A DNA stretch of 64,000 nt from a virus (IMGVR_UViG_2852079565_000004:55005-119004); one strand, 5' to 3'. Counted from the stretch's first letter, positions 18,527-29,546 are shown. The notes: a model not told the origin generated them from the sequence alone. Translations and numbers: made by a program.

Positions 18527-20014
18527 CTAGACTAAATTATGTGAGCCTTCGACTTTGCGAACCCAATCGCCTTTGCCGTAAATCAGCACGTATTTCATGA
18601 CATACTCAGGCAAGTCACTTTCACCCGTATTTTCAACAATCTGCGCGTTATACCAATAGCCTTTATCCTGTACGTCATACCACGCAAGGTCATCACCCGA
18701 CGCATCAGCAATCGCAAGCTTTTGTGCGTCACTCAGCGTTTTACCGGCTAAAATCGTGCCGTTATTAATGGCTTTAGTGACCGCACCCGCTATCACCATT
18801 AACGCACGTGCTTCACCGTCTTTATTGGCAGGAACGCCCCGTGTCGCCAATAACACACTGAACCATTGCTGAGCAATATAGGCTTTTAACCATTGCTCAT
18901 TGGCGTGAACACTCATATCCAGTGGATTAGACGCACCACCGCACAAGAAGCCCCGCTGATAGAAACGAATTTGTGAGCCAGCTACCGCAGTTTCACCGTA
19001 ATAGTTCACGCGCAGCTTATCGAAGCGGTCAGCGACTTTATCCGTGGTCACTTGCGCAGGGAACGTCACACCTAACTGGCGAAACATGTAGTTTGTTGTG
19101 GCATTAGTGCGGTCATAATCAGTCGCCGCCATAACAGCCATGGGTAAGGTTTGAATAAAATAGTTAGTATCCGTTTTGAGATTTAACCCCACCGAAGCCG
19201 TTCCCATCAACGCTGCGCTAAAATCTTCAACCTGCTTTTCACTCACGCTAATATGCAACTGGTATTTGACGTTCTCCCCGGAAACATACTGCGCCAATGG
19301 CACCGCTTGCTCTAACGGCAGTTCGTCCAAAAATGTCGCGCTCCCGAATGAATCGGAAACCTGCTCTGCTACCATAAAGGCTTCCAGAGGCGTTTGTGCG
19401 GGGTTACCTTCAGATACCGTACCGGAAGACAGCCCCATGGCGTTCGCCAGCACTGAATATTCAACACTAATGGATGCACGTTCTTGCACACCGCCACTCA
19501 GCTCAAAGGCACTATCGAGTGAATTAAACGTCAAATAGCTACTGGAAAATTGTGGTTCTCTTTCTGCATTGAGTTTTGCTTGAATGGTGGACGCAATATC
19601 CGCATAGGATTTCGCTTCCGACAAATCAATGTCTTTGTAGCTTTTAGTGACAGTACCAATCGTGACCGAAAGCGTTCCATCCGCAATGATTTTTAAATCC
19701 GCTAATGCGGCGGCTTTTGTCCCAAATAGCGTAGGCGCTCGCCCCACAGGCTCATAAGAAGCAATTTGTAACTCCTTCGGCTTACTCACCGGTGCAGGGC
19801 TAACATAGCTAAAATATTGTCGTGCAAAGTGGGCTTCGGGAGAATCAACACCCAGCAAATCATCTATTTGACCACTGGCGAACTCTAAAACTTTACCTGC
19901 AGGTATTTTGGGGTTAGTGGAAAATAAGCGACCGGTTAATTTACGCATCGGAACAGCAGACGCGCCAATAACCGCCGATGCGATATCAACGTATCGAGTT
20001 TGTTTAATTGGCAT
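18527..20014 (-). CDS. Tail sheath protein (DUF3383-like)
   Basis: 495 aa, NYYG and WLKAY patterns; synteny. Confidence 0.85.
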   Translation of the reverse strand: MPIKQTRYVDIASAVIGASAVPMRKLTGRLFSTNPKIPAGKVLEFASGQIDDLLGVDSPEAHFARQYFSYVSPAPVSKPKELQIASYEPVGRAPTLFGTKAAALADLKIIADGTLSVTIGTVTKSYKDIDLSEAKSYADIASTIQAKLNAEREPQFSSSYLTFNSLDSAFELSGGVQERASISVEYSVLANAMGLSSGTVSEGNPAQTPLEAFMVAEQVSDSFGSATFLDELPLEQAVPLAQYVSGENVKYQLHISVSEKQVEDFSAALMGTASVGLNLKTDTNYFIQTLPMAVMAATDYDRTNATTNYMFRQLGVTFPAQVTTDKVADRFDKLRVNYYGETAVAGSQIRFYQRGFLCGGASNPLDMSVHANEQWLKAYIAQQWFSVLLATRGVPANKDGEARALMVIAGAVTKAINNGTILAGKTLSDAQKLAIADASGDDLAWYDVQDKGYWYNAQIVENTGESDLPEYVMKYVLIYGKGDWVRKVEGSHNLV

Positions 20015-20023
20015 AATAAAACC

Positions 20024-20539
20024 TTATATGCGGTGGATATCAGGATAGAGCGCGCTTATGGCAGCTGTATCAGGGAAAAGAGAGCGTTTAAACGTCACAT
20101 TAAAATCAAACGAGGGGTTTTGTTCGTAGTCGCCATGATCATTCACAAAATAAGGCTGGCGAACTGATGTTGCCCGTTGTACACCAATACCTTGCTTTCT
20201 CAGTGTGGTCACAAAAGGCAGTGAATTGACAACCATTCGGGTAATGGCGGCAATATCATTGGCCGTATACGAACCTAATTGGGTAATGAATGCCTGAACT
20301 TGGTACGTTTTTTCCGATAATTGGTTTTCTTGGTGATTGGCATTATTACCTTGGACATTGTAATTGCGACCTTGCCAACCATGCCCACTTTCATTGATAG
20401 CAAAGAACATCACCATATTATCTTCACGGCCTTGCTTGGTGGATTGAAAACCGGCTTTCACGGGGATATCAATACCCACTTCGGTCAGCTGCCGTAATAA
20501 CTGTTTGCGAATGGCAATATCAACATCATTATCCGTCAT
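20024..20539 (-). CDS. Tail terminator / neck protein
   Basis: Synteny before sheath. Confidence 0.65.
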   Translation of the reverse strand: MTDNDVDIAIRKQLLRQLTEVGIDIPVKAGFQSTKQGREDNMVMFFAINESGHGWQGRNYNVQGNNANHQENQLSEKTYQVQAFITQLGSYTANDIAAITRMVVNSLPFVTTLRKQGIGVQRATSVRQPYFVNDHGDYEQNPSFDFNVTFKRSLFPDTAAISALYPDIHRI

Positions 20540-20897
20540 AGGCCCCTACCTCGATGCAAATCACCGATTTCCAGCCGTCCTGCTCGTACCAATCCGCATC
20601 CCCCATCACATCGTATTTCTTGCCATTAAAAACAAGATAATCCGGTGAAGTACCGCGCTGAATACCTTTGATATCATGGGGAGTATAAAAGCGGCGATAA
20701 ACTTGGTTTGAATCAAAGCCCATTGATTGAGCATCTTGAGTATCAACCGCTTGCCAACTGCCCCGAATATCCACTGGCTCATGATATTGGTTTTGGTCAT
20801 GGCCTCGCTCATCGGGCTCACGGTTTTTAAAGCGAAACCACAGGGCTGTTTGCTGAGGAATATAGCGAGAAGCGATACGGTGTAAATTTCCAAACAT
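20529..20897 (-). CDS. Head-tail connector / closure protein
   Basis: Synteny; GSWQAV, DWYEQDGW. Confidence 0.65.
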   Translation of the reverse strand: MFGNLHRIASRYIPQQTALWFRFKNREPDERGHDQNQYHEPVDIRGSWQAVDTQDAQSMGFDSNQVYRRFYTPHDIKGIQRGTSPDYLVFNGKKYDVMGDADWYEQDGWKSVICIEVGAYDG

Positions 20898-21355
20898 TAC
20901 TTATCCTCCACGGCAAAATTGACGGCTTGTAACATCTGACCTGTATCCACTAAGGGCTTATCGGTAGATTTCCCTTTGCTGTGACGTCTTGCTCTGGCCT
21001 TTACCGTTGAATCATCCAAGGCTGGTGTGGTTACCGCTTTTATGGCCAGTTTCACATCCCCAGCCGCTTTTGCACCGACTTGGGTTAGCCCATCAGTAAC
21101 GGAAATATTGCCAACGGTCGCCGCTTTGGCCACACGGAAAATTAACTGGCCATACTCTGCTTTTTTATCGCTCATCGTTGGGCGAAAAAACGAACGGGGA
21201 GGAATGCCACCAGCGGGGTATCCCAATTCTTGAATCGCCGCAATATAGGCAATGGGCGTGCCATCGGGATATTTGGAGTGTTCAAAGAAACCCACTTTCA
21301 ATTGTTTCTTGGCTAACTCATCGTAAACCGCTTTTAACTGGGTTAATTTCGTCAT
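20897..21355 (-). CDS. Virion morphogenesis / neck protein
   Basis: IPPRSFFRP, KPLVDTGQM motifs. Confidence 0.75.
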   Translation of the reverse strand: MTKLTQLKAVYDELAKKQLKVGFFEHSKYPDGTPIAYIAAIQELGYPAGGIPPRSFFRPTMSDKKAEYGQLIFRVAKAATVGNISVTDGLTQVGAKAAGDVKLAIKAVTTPALDDSTVKARARRHSKGKSTDKPLVDTGQMLQAVNFAVEDK

Positions 21356-21789
21356 TAACGTAACCGCCCCCCGCGCGTAAATCGCCCACCTACACCGCGA
21401 AAGGCTGAACGTTCACCTGCACCACCAATATATTGCGGCACACTACAGCGCTTTATCAGTGCTAAAAACTGTTGGCCGTAGGTCGTCATTTTGAACCAGT
21501 GTGACCAATCAGAACCCGCAGGGGGCGCAGAGAATGACACGCTGACTTTATCGATGGTCACACTAGTCACAACACCGGTTGGGGATTCATCATCCGCAAT
21601 CCACTTTCGCAGTGATAGCATATGAGCAACAACCAGCATCCACAGTTCGTTAGTGCAAACACCGCGACAAGGCGAAAAATAGTTCAGGGCAGATTGAGCA
21701 ATAGTATAAATGTCATCATCACTCACACCATTAAACGATGGATAGAGCACACGAAATGACATTAGGGGAAATGTGCTCGCCTCCATCAT
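21355..21789 (-). CDS. Head-tail adaptor (DUF4054-like)
   Basis: FRVLYPSF, VAHML, TTYGQQF. Confidence 0.78.
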   Translation of the reverse strand: MMEASTFPLMSFRVLYPSFNGVSDDDIYTIAQSALNYFSPCRGVCTNELWMLVVAHMLSLRKWIADDESPTGVVTSVTIDKVSVSFSAPPAGSDWSHWFKMTTYGQQFLALIKRCSVPQYIGGAGERSAFRGVGGRFTRGGRLR

Positions 21790-22157
21790 TATTTACCCTT
21801 TTTGTTGGTTTTCGGGACTGCTTGTTTTTCTGCTTCCAAAGATTCCACGGTATCTGGCGCTGACTTATCGCTAGCCTCCATATTAGTGGCCACTTTTTCA
21901 GGATCTTCTTTGCGGTTTTCAACGCTGATAAACCCGTTTTCTTTATGCAGTTGAAATACATGGTTATCTTTAAGTTGAGCGTATTGTTCGTCACTGATTT
22001 CCGTGACACGCCCACGCGGGGTATACATGTGCTTGGTCATGATATTGGCTTGACCCGCAATAAACACTTTGCCATCCGTAACCGAGTAGTTTTGGTCATT
22101 CGATAGCGTGCAATAGACATAGAGAGACATGGCTTTCTCCGATAAAAAAGCCCTCAT
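21789..22157 (-). CDS. Phage virion hypothetical protein (likely start 22130)
   Basis: ORF after capsid gene. Confidence 0.65.
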   Translation of the reverse strand: MRAFLSEKAMSLYVYCTLSNDQNYSVTDGKVFIAGQANIMTKHMYTPRGRVTEISDEQYAQLKDNHVFQLHKENGFISVENRKEDPEKVATNMEASDKSAPDTVESLEAEKQAVPKTNKKGK

Positions 22158-22184
22158 TTGAGGGCGTAAAAAAAAGTGGTCAGG

Positions 22185-23252
22185 TTAGATGCCTGTGAGA
22201 CGGGTGATAGCCCAAGGTCGGGTAACAAAGACACCCGCTGTCGCATTGGTCGCATCCTCTAAATACCCTTTGATTTGCGCTTGTGAGCCCAACAATTGGT
22301 ATTTAACGGGTACCACTTGTAAGATGGTCGCGCTGGTTGCGGTTGAGCCATCATCGATGGTATCTGCGAACATATACGCCACATCCGCACCACCATTTGC
22401 CCCGACAAATTCAGGCGAGAACACAAAGCGCAGGTTTGGATAGTTCTCTTTTACCCATTGATACACCGTTTCACCACGCGCCACAGGATTAGCAACATTG
22501 AGCGTTGAACGGTAGCCCAGCGGTAACGTCAATGTGATCGCGATATCGTCTTTGATAATCCCACCTGAACTCATTTCAATGCGCGAGAACATATCGGTAA
22601 TATCTTGGGTGATATCGGCAAACGTGCCGCCCTTCCATTTTTTCGATGCGGTTTCATAAGCCGGTAGATTCGGTTCATTCATCAAGCCAAATACACGTGT
22701 TTCAGGGCTATTAAACCCATAGTAACCAATCCGCTCACGTCCTTGCTCTAAAGATTCAGTCGCTGAATTACGTTTTTCCGCAGCGGCTTCAAACCCAGCT
22801 GCAGACTGGCGCGCTTCCTCTAACTTACCGACTTGAAAACCTTGTTCAAAACGCACGATACCGCGACGTTCTTGGTCTTGAATGTAAGATGCTAACGGCA
22901 CGTTGGTATGATCGCCGTAGAGCTCGGCTTTACCGGTTGGTGTTGCCACGTTCAGAATGATTTCCTCATCGTGCCATTCACCCGCATTCAATACACCGGT
23001 GATTTCATCCAACACACGAACACGGGTTGCGGTGCGAATGAGACCAGGAAGAACGTGTTGCAACATTTCACGCTGAATCAACCCACCTTGCATGGCTGCG
23101 CCCGTGATCGCGGAGTCCATCGATGCCAAACCACCAAAACCAATTTGCTCAAGTTCGCGATACGTCCACTGTTGGTTAGGTTGGATATTAAGTTGACCAT
23201 GCTTGCGAATATCGCGGCCAGACATATAAAACTTTTGCTTGCTAACTGGCAT
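22185..23252 (-). CDS. Major capsid protein (DUF2184-like)
   Basis: 355 aa; GYYG..GLMNEPNLP; followed by hairpin. Confidence 0.85.
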   Translation of the reverse strand: MPVSKQKFYMSGRDIRKHGQLNIQPNQQWTYRELEQIGFGGLASMDSAITGAAMQGGLIQREMLQHVLPGLIRTATRVRVLDEITGVLNAGEWHDEEIILNVATPTGKAELYGDHTNVPLASYIQDQERRGIVRFEQGFQVGKLEEARQSAAGFEAAAEKRNSATESLEQGRERIGYYGFNSPETRVFGLMNEPNLPAYETASKKWKGGTFADITQDITDMFSRIEMSSGGIIKDDIAITLTLPLGYRSTLNVANPVARGETVYQWVKENYPNLRFVFSPEFVGANGGADVAYMFADTIDDGSTATSATILQVVPVKYQLLGSQAQIKGYLEDATNATAGVFVTRPWAITRLTGI

Positions 23253-23764
23253 TATTCACCTTCCTTTACTGCCGCTGGATATGGGATTTCGGTTAAGCGA
23301 ATAACGCTCAAATGCGGTGCGTCAGTTGATGAAAGATGACGACTGACAAAGCCAATCACGCGCTCACCTGTACCTACCGTACCTTTAGCCGATAACGAAC
23401 CGTCCGTTTCGCTGAATACGACGGGATCATTGATTTTGCCTTCGTCATCGCTTAGTTCGACATACACCTCACCCATCGTTAAAAACTCACCTTGGGTGCC
23501 ATTGCGTGCATAGTTCACTTCAATACGATACGCTTTCGGGTTAATCATGATCCCCGCAAATGCGCCCTTGCCACCCACTTGCACAGACTCCACAGAATCA
23601 TCTTTGTAGGTGTAAGCCCGACCGAAGATATTTTGCTTTTCATCCGCTGAGCTGAGAATGGCGGCAACGGCACGAATAGGCCCTGCATGGCTGATTTCAC
23701 CCACTACGCCAGACGTTAAGCCATGCGACACTGATTTAGGAATTGCCATTATTTCGCTCCCCAT
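23252..23764 (-). CDS. Capsid decoration/cement protein
   Basis: Between scaffold and capsid genes. Confidence 0.7.
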   Translation of the reverse strand: MGSEIMAIPKSVSHGLTSGVVGEISHAGPIRAVAAILSSADEKQNIFGRAYTYKDDSVESVQVGGKGAFAGIMINPKAYRIEVNYARNGTQGEFLTMGEVYVELSDDEGKINDPVVFSETDGSLSAKGTVGTGERVIGFVSRHLSSTDAPHLSVIRLTEIPYPAAVKEGE

Positions 23765-25005
23765 TTATCCATAATTGATTGATTACTCACCGCAGAATCC
23801 ATCGTCACTGTGGCTTTCTGTGAATCAGGCACACGCCCTTGCATCCACGCATCGAGTGCAATGGCTTCATTGCCCTTACCGCATTGAATACCGAGCTTAT
23901 CAACGCCATACTCGGCCACTTGTTGCTTGGTCATGGCGGCATGGTCAAATACGCCAAGGAATGGGGTCAGCTTATGCGCTAATGAATCACGCTCACCGAT
24001 TTGCTTTAACAGCTCTCCGGTGTCCATGGTTGGCTTTGATGCTTCTAACCGCTTAATTTTGCGCTTTAAAGATGCAATCTCGTCCATCGTACCGATGCCA
24101 TTTTTCAAGCGTTTGATGCGACGATTTAAGCTATCCGTTGTTGCTTGGTCGAGATGCTCCTTGGCTTCTTCAATCGCTTCGACAGCTGTCTCAATCGCCA
24201 CCTCGGCAGCTTCTACGGCTTCAGGTGTACCGGTTGTGGCTTCTTCTGCTGCAACTTCGGCGGCTGTCACGGCTTCTTCCGCTTTTTGCTCTTCTTCGGG
24301 ATTAGCATCAGTGGATTTCTTTTCTTCTTTCGGCTCTTCATCGGTTGAAGGCTTAGTTTGTGCAATCACCTCTGCAATAATGCTTTTCAGCGCAGTGACT
24401 TGCTCCGCTGTAAACGCACCTTCATCAGTGGTTTGCTTCTCTTTGTTTTCTTCTTCGTTCATGCGAATAAGTTCCTTTGTGTCGATAGTGATAACGAGGT
24501 GATCTTGCACAGCGACGTCAGGGCCGGTTCGCCCTTCATCCACTAATGCGAGGTGATTGCCACGTAGGTGACGTTGAATAACGTCATAGTGTTGGCCTTC
24601 ATAAATGCCAGAGGTGAATTCATATTTACTGCGATAACCTGGTGAAAGGTCGATTTTGCCACTGTCGATATTGCTAAGCGCCACATCTGAAAAGATTTTG
24701 ATATTGGCTCTAAGATACGGTGGATCAAAATAGACATTCTCACCAATCACCCCTTGAATGCCTTTTTTCTCCGCTGGGGTCGCGTGCTTGCCTAACATTT
24801 CATGTTCAATGATGAATGGAGTGAGTTTGAAAGAGTTAATTGTCGCTTCGCTGGCCAGTTCTTCCGGAGGGCGCAATACGCGATAGATTTTATCGGGTAT
24901 TGGCGCACCAATTTCAGCCCCCAAATAATCAAAAACCCCAACTTTAGAGATGGGGTTGTCTGTCACTTCGAGCCAGCCGTTATTGTCATAGGTTCGTTTT
25001 GTCAT
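23749..25005 (-). CDS. Prohead protease/scaffold (DUF2213-like)
   Basis: ISKVGVFDYLG, LSPGY, GNHLALVDEGRTG; acidic C-terminal scaffold. Confidence 0.88.
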   Translation of the reverse strand: MTKRTYDNNGWLEVTDNPISKVGVFDYLGAEIGAPIPDKIYRVLRPPEELASEATINSFKLTPFIIEHEMLGKHATPAEKKGIQGVIGENVYFDPPYLRANIKIFSDVALSNIDSGKIDLSPGYRSKYEFTSGIYEGQHYDVIQRHLRGNHLALVDEGRTGPDVAVQDHLVITIDTKELIRMNEEENKEKQTTDEGAFTAEQVTALKSIIAEVIAQTKPSTDEEPKEEKKSTDANPEEEQKAEEAVTAAEVAAEEATTGTPEAVEAAEVAIETAVEAIEEAKEHLDQATTDSLNRRIKRLKNGIGTMDEIASLKRKIKRLEASKPTMDTGELLKQIGERDSLAHKLTPFLGVFDHAAMTKQQVAEYGVDKLGIQCGKGNEAIALDAWMQGRVPDSQKATVTMDSAVSNQSIMDKWGAK

Positions 25006-25877
25006 GTCTCCTCGCCACTTTCTTCCCCACTAAAATCGATTACAGGCGTCCAAAAACATTTGCAGTTAGGTAATTGACCCGGCAATCCACGTTCACCCGT
25101 TTTGGGCTCAATAATCGGTGGGTTGTCTAAATCAAACACTTCACCATCCAGCTGTAGATGCCATTCTCTAGGTTCAGCGCTTCCACCAGAGTGATGCCAA
25201 ATAGCCTTACGAATTCCCGCTGATTTCATGCGCTCATAGTTTGCCGCAGTCGTGATTTTTCGCGTTTGGTCAACGGCGATAAAATTCGCTCGGCTTTCTG
25301 TGACGCTGCCAGTGTGCCTGATTTCATCTAATAAGGTTTTCGCACCCTCACCCCCTTGTGAGATAGAGCGCAGAGCGACACTTTCGATACGTTGATGAAA
25401 TTGAGTAGGGATGGATTTAATCAGGGAAACATTTTCAGCCGTGGCGGCAATCATTCGGTCTTTTAACGCGTCCGGCATGACAGCGGTTTTGATGGTAATA
25501 CCGCCAGAGAGCTGTTTAAGAGAATCATCTAAATTACGCTGCGCGCCGATATCGACTTGGGAAACAAACTTATCGGCCATGGCGCTAGACTGCGTACTAA
25601 AGATTTTATCCCACTTGCGTTTTAACCGGTTGAGCCAAATTCGCGTTTGACTCGCAATGCTGGCATCCATCGTGGAGCCGTAAAAATCATCATTCAATTC
25701 ACTAAATACGTTTTCATAGTCTTTAATCATCGAACTGATTAACCGTGACATGTCACGTTGATAACGGCTAGATGGCGCTGCTGAATACTGCAGGGGTTTG
25801 CCCTTCAATACCGCTTGGCGGGAGGTTGCCCATTTCGCCTTTTTCGTTCGGACTCGTATTCGTCCCGACATAGTCAC
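25002..25877 (-). CDS. Head morphogenesis protein (Mu gpF/SPP1 gp7-like)
   Basis: RANFIAVDQT, PGQLPNCKC. Confidence 0.88.
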   Translation of the reverse strand: MTMSGRIRVRTKKAKWATSRQAVLKGKPLQYSAAPSSRYQRDMSRLISSMIKDYENVFSELNDDFYGSTMDASIASQTRIWLNRLKRKWDKIFSTQSSAMADKFVSQVDIGAQRNLDDSLKQLSGGITIKTAVMPDALKDRMIAATAENVSLIKSIPTQFHQRIESVALRSISQGGEGAKTLLDEIRHTGSVTESRANFIAVDQTRKITTAANYERMKSAGIRKAIWHHSGGSAEPREWHLQLDGEVFDLDNPPIIEPKTGERGLPGQLPNCKCFWTPVIDFSGEESGEET

Positions 25878-27270
25878 TCTCGTTTACATCAATGCCGTAA
25901 TAGCTCGACTCTTTATCTGCAGCCAATTTTTTACGGATATCCAACCCATCAATTGCCCCCGTAGCCGCTAGAGCCGCATCCGTCTGAGCAGATTTCAACT
26001 CAATATCAGCACTCTCTGCGGCCGTTGGGCTATCAAGTGGCGCCCACGTAACCGATATTTCAGTCAGCGGTAGTTCTTCGCTGCGCATCAACATGTCGTA
26101 ATGGCGCTGCAAAAGTTCTTCTAAGTCGTTTGATTGGACGCTTTCCAGTTCTTCACGGTAGTTCGACTCTTCATATTCACCGGTGGCATTAAATCCCTTT
26201 GGTGTGGTACCGAGTAACTTAGTCGCGGGTACGTTTGCCGCCGCTGCGACTAGCTGGTATTGCGTCATAATGGTGGCATCTAAATCCGCTAACGAGGTAT
26301 CAAACTGTTGTGCAACATCCTCTTTCCCCATCACCTGCACACCGTAGTTATCGCGCATCTCCATAAAATAAAGCATGTTTTCCTGAATGGTGTTCTTATC
26401 TGCACCTTCAGGGTCTGCCATACCGATAGTCAATAACCGTTTGGTCATTGCCAGCTGCGGCGCTTCATTGGCTGTTCGTTCCGATGCATAGACACGCTCA
26501 TAGATGCGCTCTGGTACCGAGACACCAAAGTAGTTATACAGCGGCTTAAGTACATTAGGCACGGGGAATGGCACAAATTTAATAAAGTGCGATTTATGGT
26601 ATTTGCGACCCGCAATCACATAATAGGTTGGGTCGTAGAAATCCATGCTGGCTGGGTCTTGGATATTGGAATCGGTTAAATCAGGCGTTACCCATTGTGG
26701 GTCAATTTGCTTGATCCCCTTGTACATTCCTTTGGACACACCATCGAGATTAAACGGATTTTCATACCACTCTTTCGGGTTTGAGGTTTCCACCACAAAC
26801 AACGCTAATCGACCACCATACACTCGCCCAAAGTGAATAAGTTCTTTCAAATGATGCTGTATGCGGTACTTTTTATCGCGCTTGCGTAGCTTCTTGCTGA
26901 TAGCACTGTCATCGTCATTATCGCAATCAATATCATACCCTTGGCGAATAGCATCACGAGCAGGCATATTACAGGCCTTATCCACCAGCCAATGTTTCGC
27001 AATGATGGCGCACATGTTGTTACCAATAAACATTTGTGAGGCATACCAAGCCGCTTGCGATTCAGGCACACCATAAACTTGTTCGCCTTTGAATGAAGGA
27101 ACGGAAGTATCAATACTGTCCATCCCCACACCGTTAATCATCGGCTGCGGTAGAACTAACCCGTTAAATCCCTTCTCTTTTGCTAATGCAGGATACAAAT
27201 CTGTGGTAAACGCTGACCGCTTCGGCGGTGCAATCTGTTCTGCAATTTTTCGCCTTTTAAACGGCCACAT
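25768..27270 (-). CDS. Portal protein (DUF1073-like)
   Basis: GRVYGG, PATKLLGTTPKGFNATGE; start MWPFK at 27270. Confidence 0.88.
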   Translation of the reverse strand: MWPFKRRKIAEQIAPPKRSAFTTDLYPALAKEKGFNGLVLPQPMINGVGMDSIDTSVPSFKGEQVYGVPESQAAWYASQMFIGNNMCAIIAKHWLVDKACNMPARDAIRQGYDIDCDNDDDSAISKKLRKRDKKYRIQHHLKELIHFGRVYGGRLALFVVETSNPKEWYENPFNLDGVSKGMYKGIKQIDPQWVTPDLTDSNIQDPASMDFYDPTYYVIAGRKYHKSHFIKFVPFPVPNVLKPLYNYFGVSVPERIYERVYASERTANEAPQLAMTKRLLTIGMADPEGADKNTIQENMLYFMEMRDNYGVQVMGKEDVAQQFDTSLADLDATIMTQYQLVAAAANVPATKLLGTTPKGFNATGEYEESNYREELESVQSNDLEELLQRHYDMLMRSEELPLTEISVTWAPLDSPTAAESADIELKSAQTDAALAATGAIDGLDIRKKLAADKESSYYGIDVNESDYVGTNTSPNEKGEMGNLPPSGIEGQTPAVFSSAI

Positions 27271-27274
27271 AGAA

Positions 27275-28672
27275 TTACCTCTTGGTTGTAAAGAAACCGC
27301 CTTTTTTCTTCTGGTATAAATCACGTAATGCCTGCGTCATTGCATCCACCGTATCGTCATGGCCAGCAAATGGGAACGTGGTAATTTCCTCCACGGTTTC
27401 CACTATCCACGGCGCAATGTCTTTGTGTGGTAGCCACACATTGCCCGCCTCCCATTCCGCGGTGCAGGCATGAGCACGTGCGATTTTGCTACCATCGGGC
27501 TCAACAGGAATTAAGCCTGATACCGATGATTTAAGAGAGTCGATAACTGCTGGGCCATTGGCTTTGTCTTCCACCAGCTTACGGCGCCCTTCTGGGAATT
27601 TTTCCGCAAGTAGCTTCACGGCATCCTTCGTTTGAGTAAAACTCATGCGTTTTCTAATTTGATAGAGCAAATAGGCATTGGCGTCTTTCTTACCCCAAAC
27701 CTGCCCCACTACATAGTCGGTACCGTCGCTGTCTTTAAAGGTCATATCCCAACTATGAATAACCTTATCGAATTTATCTGGTAGGTCTTTAGGTAAATAA
27801 TAGCGGACAAACTCTTCATGGAAGATTTGACCGTCGCCCGGCTTCGGTGATTGTTGATACATGGCAGACCAAAAATAATCACCCAGTATTGCTTTGGTTT
27901 CCAACAGCTTATCAATGGGATGAAGTTCAGGTACCAACGCTTCTCCTTGCTCATTAATAGCAGGGAATGCGAGTACCTTGGTTTCAGGGGCTTTTTCTTT
28001 TAATTGGCCTGATAAATCATCGGTCGCCCACCGCGTGGCCATGATGATTTCACCGCTGTTTTGTGATAAGCGGGTCTTAAAGGTCGAGACGTACCAGTTC
28101 CAAATCGATTTTTTAACCGTCGGGCTAAGTGCTTCTTTCGAGTTCTTTATTGGGTCATCAATAATACCGAGGTCAACTTTCTTACCCGTTAATGGACCAC
28201 CGACACCCGCGCATACATAACTGCCTTTGTGGTTGGCAATGCCAAACTCGTCAGAGTTACGTTTAACAACAATGCCATTTTCAGGCTTATTACCCAACCA
28301 GCTGTTAGGAAATAACGCACGATATTCAGCCGACATCATGATCCGCTGAACATCGGTATTCATATCACCGGCTAAATCAGACGAATACGACAGCGCCCCA
28401 ACTCGCATGTTAGGGTATTTTCCAAAGAAATAAGCGGGAAGATAGCGGGAAACAATATCAGACTTACCGTGTTGTGGCGGTGCGCCTAATATTAACTTAG
28501 GACGCTTACCTTCCATCATATCAACCAAGAACTGGTCGAGCGCATCACATACCGTTTGAGAGAAATGGCTTGTGATGTATTCAGAGTTTATATACTGAAT
28601 GAATTCATGCAAACTACGGCGTGCTATCTCCCTTTCGATCTCTTCATCAAACAAACTGAAATCGATATTCAT
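27275..28672 (-). CDS. Terminase large subunit
   Basis: PPQHGKS, IIDDPIK, VEDKANG, HDDTVDA. Confidence 0.95.
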   Translation of the reverse strand: MNIDFSLFDEEIEREIARRSLHEFIQYINSEYITSHFSQTVCDALDQFLVDMMEGKRPKLILGAPPQHGKSDIVSRYLPAYFFGKYPNMRVGALSYSSDLAGDMNTDVQRIMMSAEYRALFPNSWLGNKPENGIVVKRNSDEFGIANHKGSYVCAGVGGPLTGKKVDLGIIDDPIKNSKEALSPTVKKSIWNWYVSTFKTRLSQNSGEIIMATRWATDDLSGQLKEKAPETKVLAFPAINEQGEALVPELHPIDKLLETKAILGDYFWSAMYQQSPKPGDGQIFHEEFVRYYLPKDLPDKFDKVIHSWDMTFKDSDGTDYVVGQVWGKKDANAYLLYQIRKRMSFTQTKDAVKLLAEKFPEGRRKLVEDKANGPAVIDSLKSSVSGLIPVEPDGSKIARAHACTAEWEAGNVWLPHKDIAPWIVETVEEITTFPFAGHDDTVDAMTQALRDLYQKKKGGFFTTKR

Positions 28673-28910
28673 GGTTGTACCTAATTTATAAGGGCAAAAC
28701 ACTCATTTAAATTGGATAAAAAATATAATAATTTAATCTAATCAACAGTTATATAAAAAACACCTTACATGTTTATAAAAAAGGCAATAATATCAATGCA
28801 CTTTTAATCACAGCATCAATTATTGTTAGTTCCATAGTATCTATGAATCTAATATACTCTTATCAATAAGTATCTTCTCAACCATCCTAATCAAATAAGG
28901 ATAATTCGTT

Positions 28911-29546
28911 ATGGATGTTATACCTGCTATTTTATCTGCATTATCTTCTTTATTATGGCCATTGATTGTATGTTTTTTAATCTATTATTTTAGAAAGCAT
29001 CTATTAAAGCTCATAGACACTTTCTTTGATGGCAAGTTAAATATAAAAGTCTCAGGATTTGAACTAAATTTGAAAGAAAATTCAATACAACAAGGCCACA
29101 TTATTCTAGACCTACAATCTAAACTTGTTGAAATGGAAAAGAAAATAAACACATTACACCCTAATTCAGAAACAAATGTGCAATCTAATATTTCAATGAG
29201 AAAAAGGGTCTTATGGGTTGATGATAGTCCTTCAAATAATAGCTATTTGATTGAAACACTAAAAATGAATCATGTAGATGTAGATACTTCACTTTCAACA
29301 ACTGATGCCATTGAAAGAATCAAACAAAATAATTTTGATGTTATAATATCCGATATGGGAAGACCCAAAGACGATCGGGCAGGAATAACTCTTACAAAAG
29401 AAATAAGAAATCTTAATATTCAAACTCCGGTTTTCATTTTCTGCGGTAATTGGGCCTCTACTAATTTACGCGAAGAGGCTAAAAAAGCAGGTGTTACTGA
29501 TATAACTTCATCAGGAACCGAGCTTTTAGCAATGTTACCAATTTAA
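28911..29546 (+). CDS. Moron: membrane-anchored orphan receiver (REC) domain protein
   Basis: N-terminal TM, coiled coil, VLWVDD...FDVIISDMGRP; low GC; antisense between terS and terL. Confidence 0.8.
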   Translation: MDVIPAILSALSSLLWPLIVCFLIYYFRKHLLKLIDTFFDGKLNIKVSGFELNLKENSIQQGHIILDLQSKLVEMEKKINTLHPNSETNVQSNISMRKRVLWVDDSPSNNSYLIETLKMNHVDVDTSLSTTDAIERIKQNNFDVIISDMGRPKDDRAGITLTKEIRNLNIQTPVFIFCGNWASTNLREEAKKAGVTDITSSGTELLAMLPI

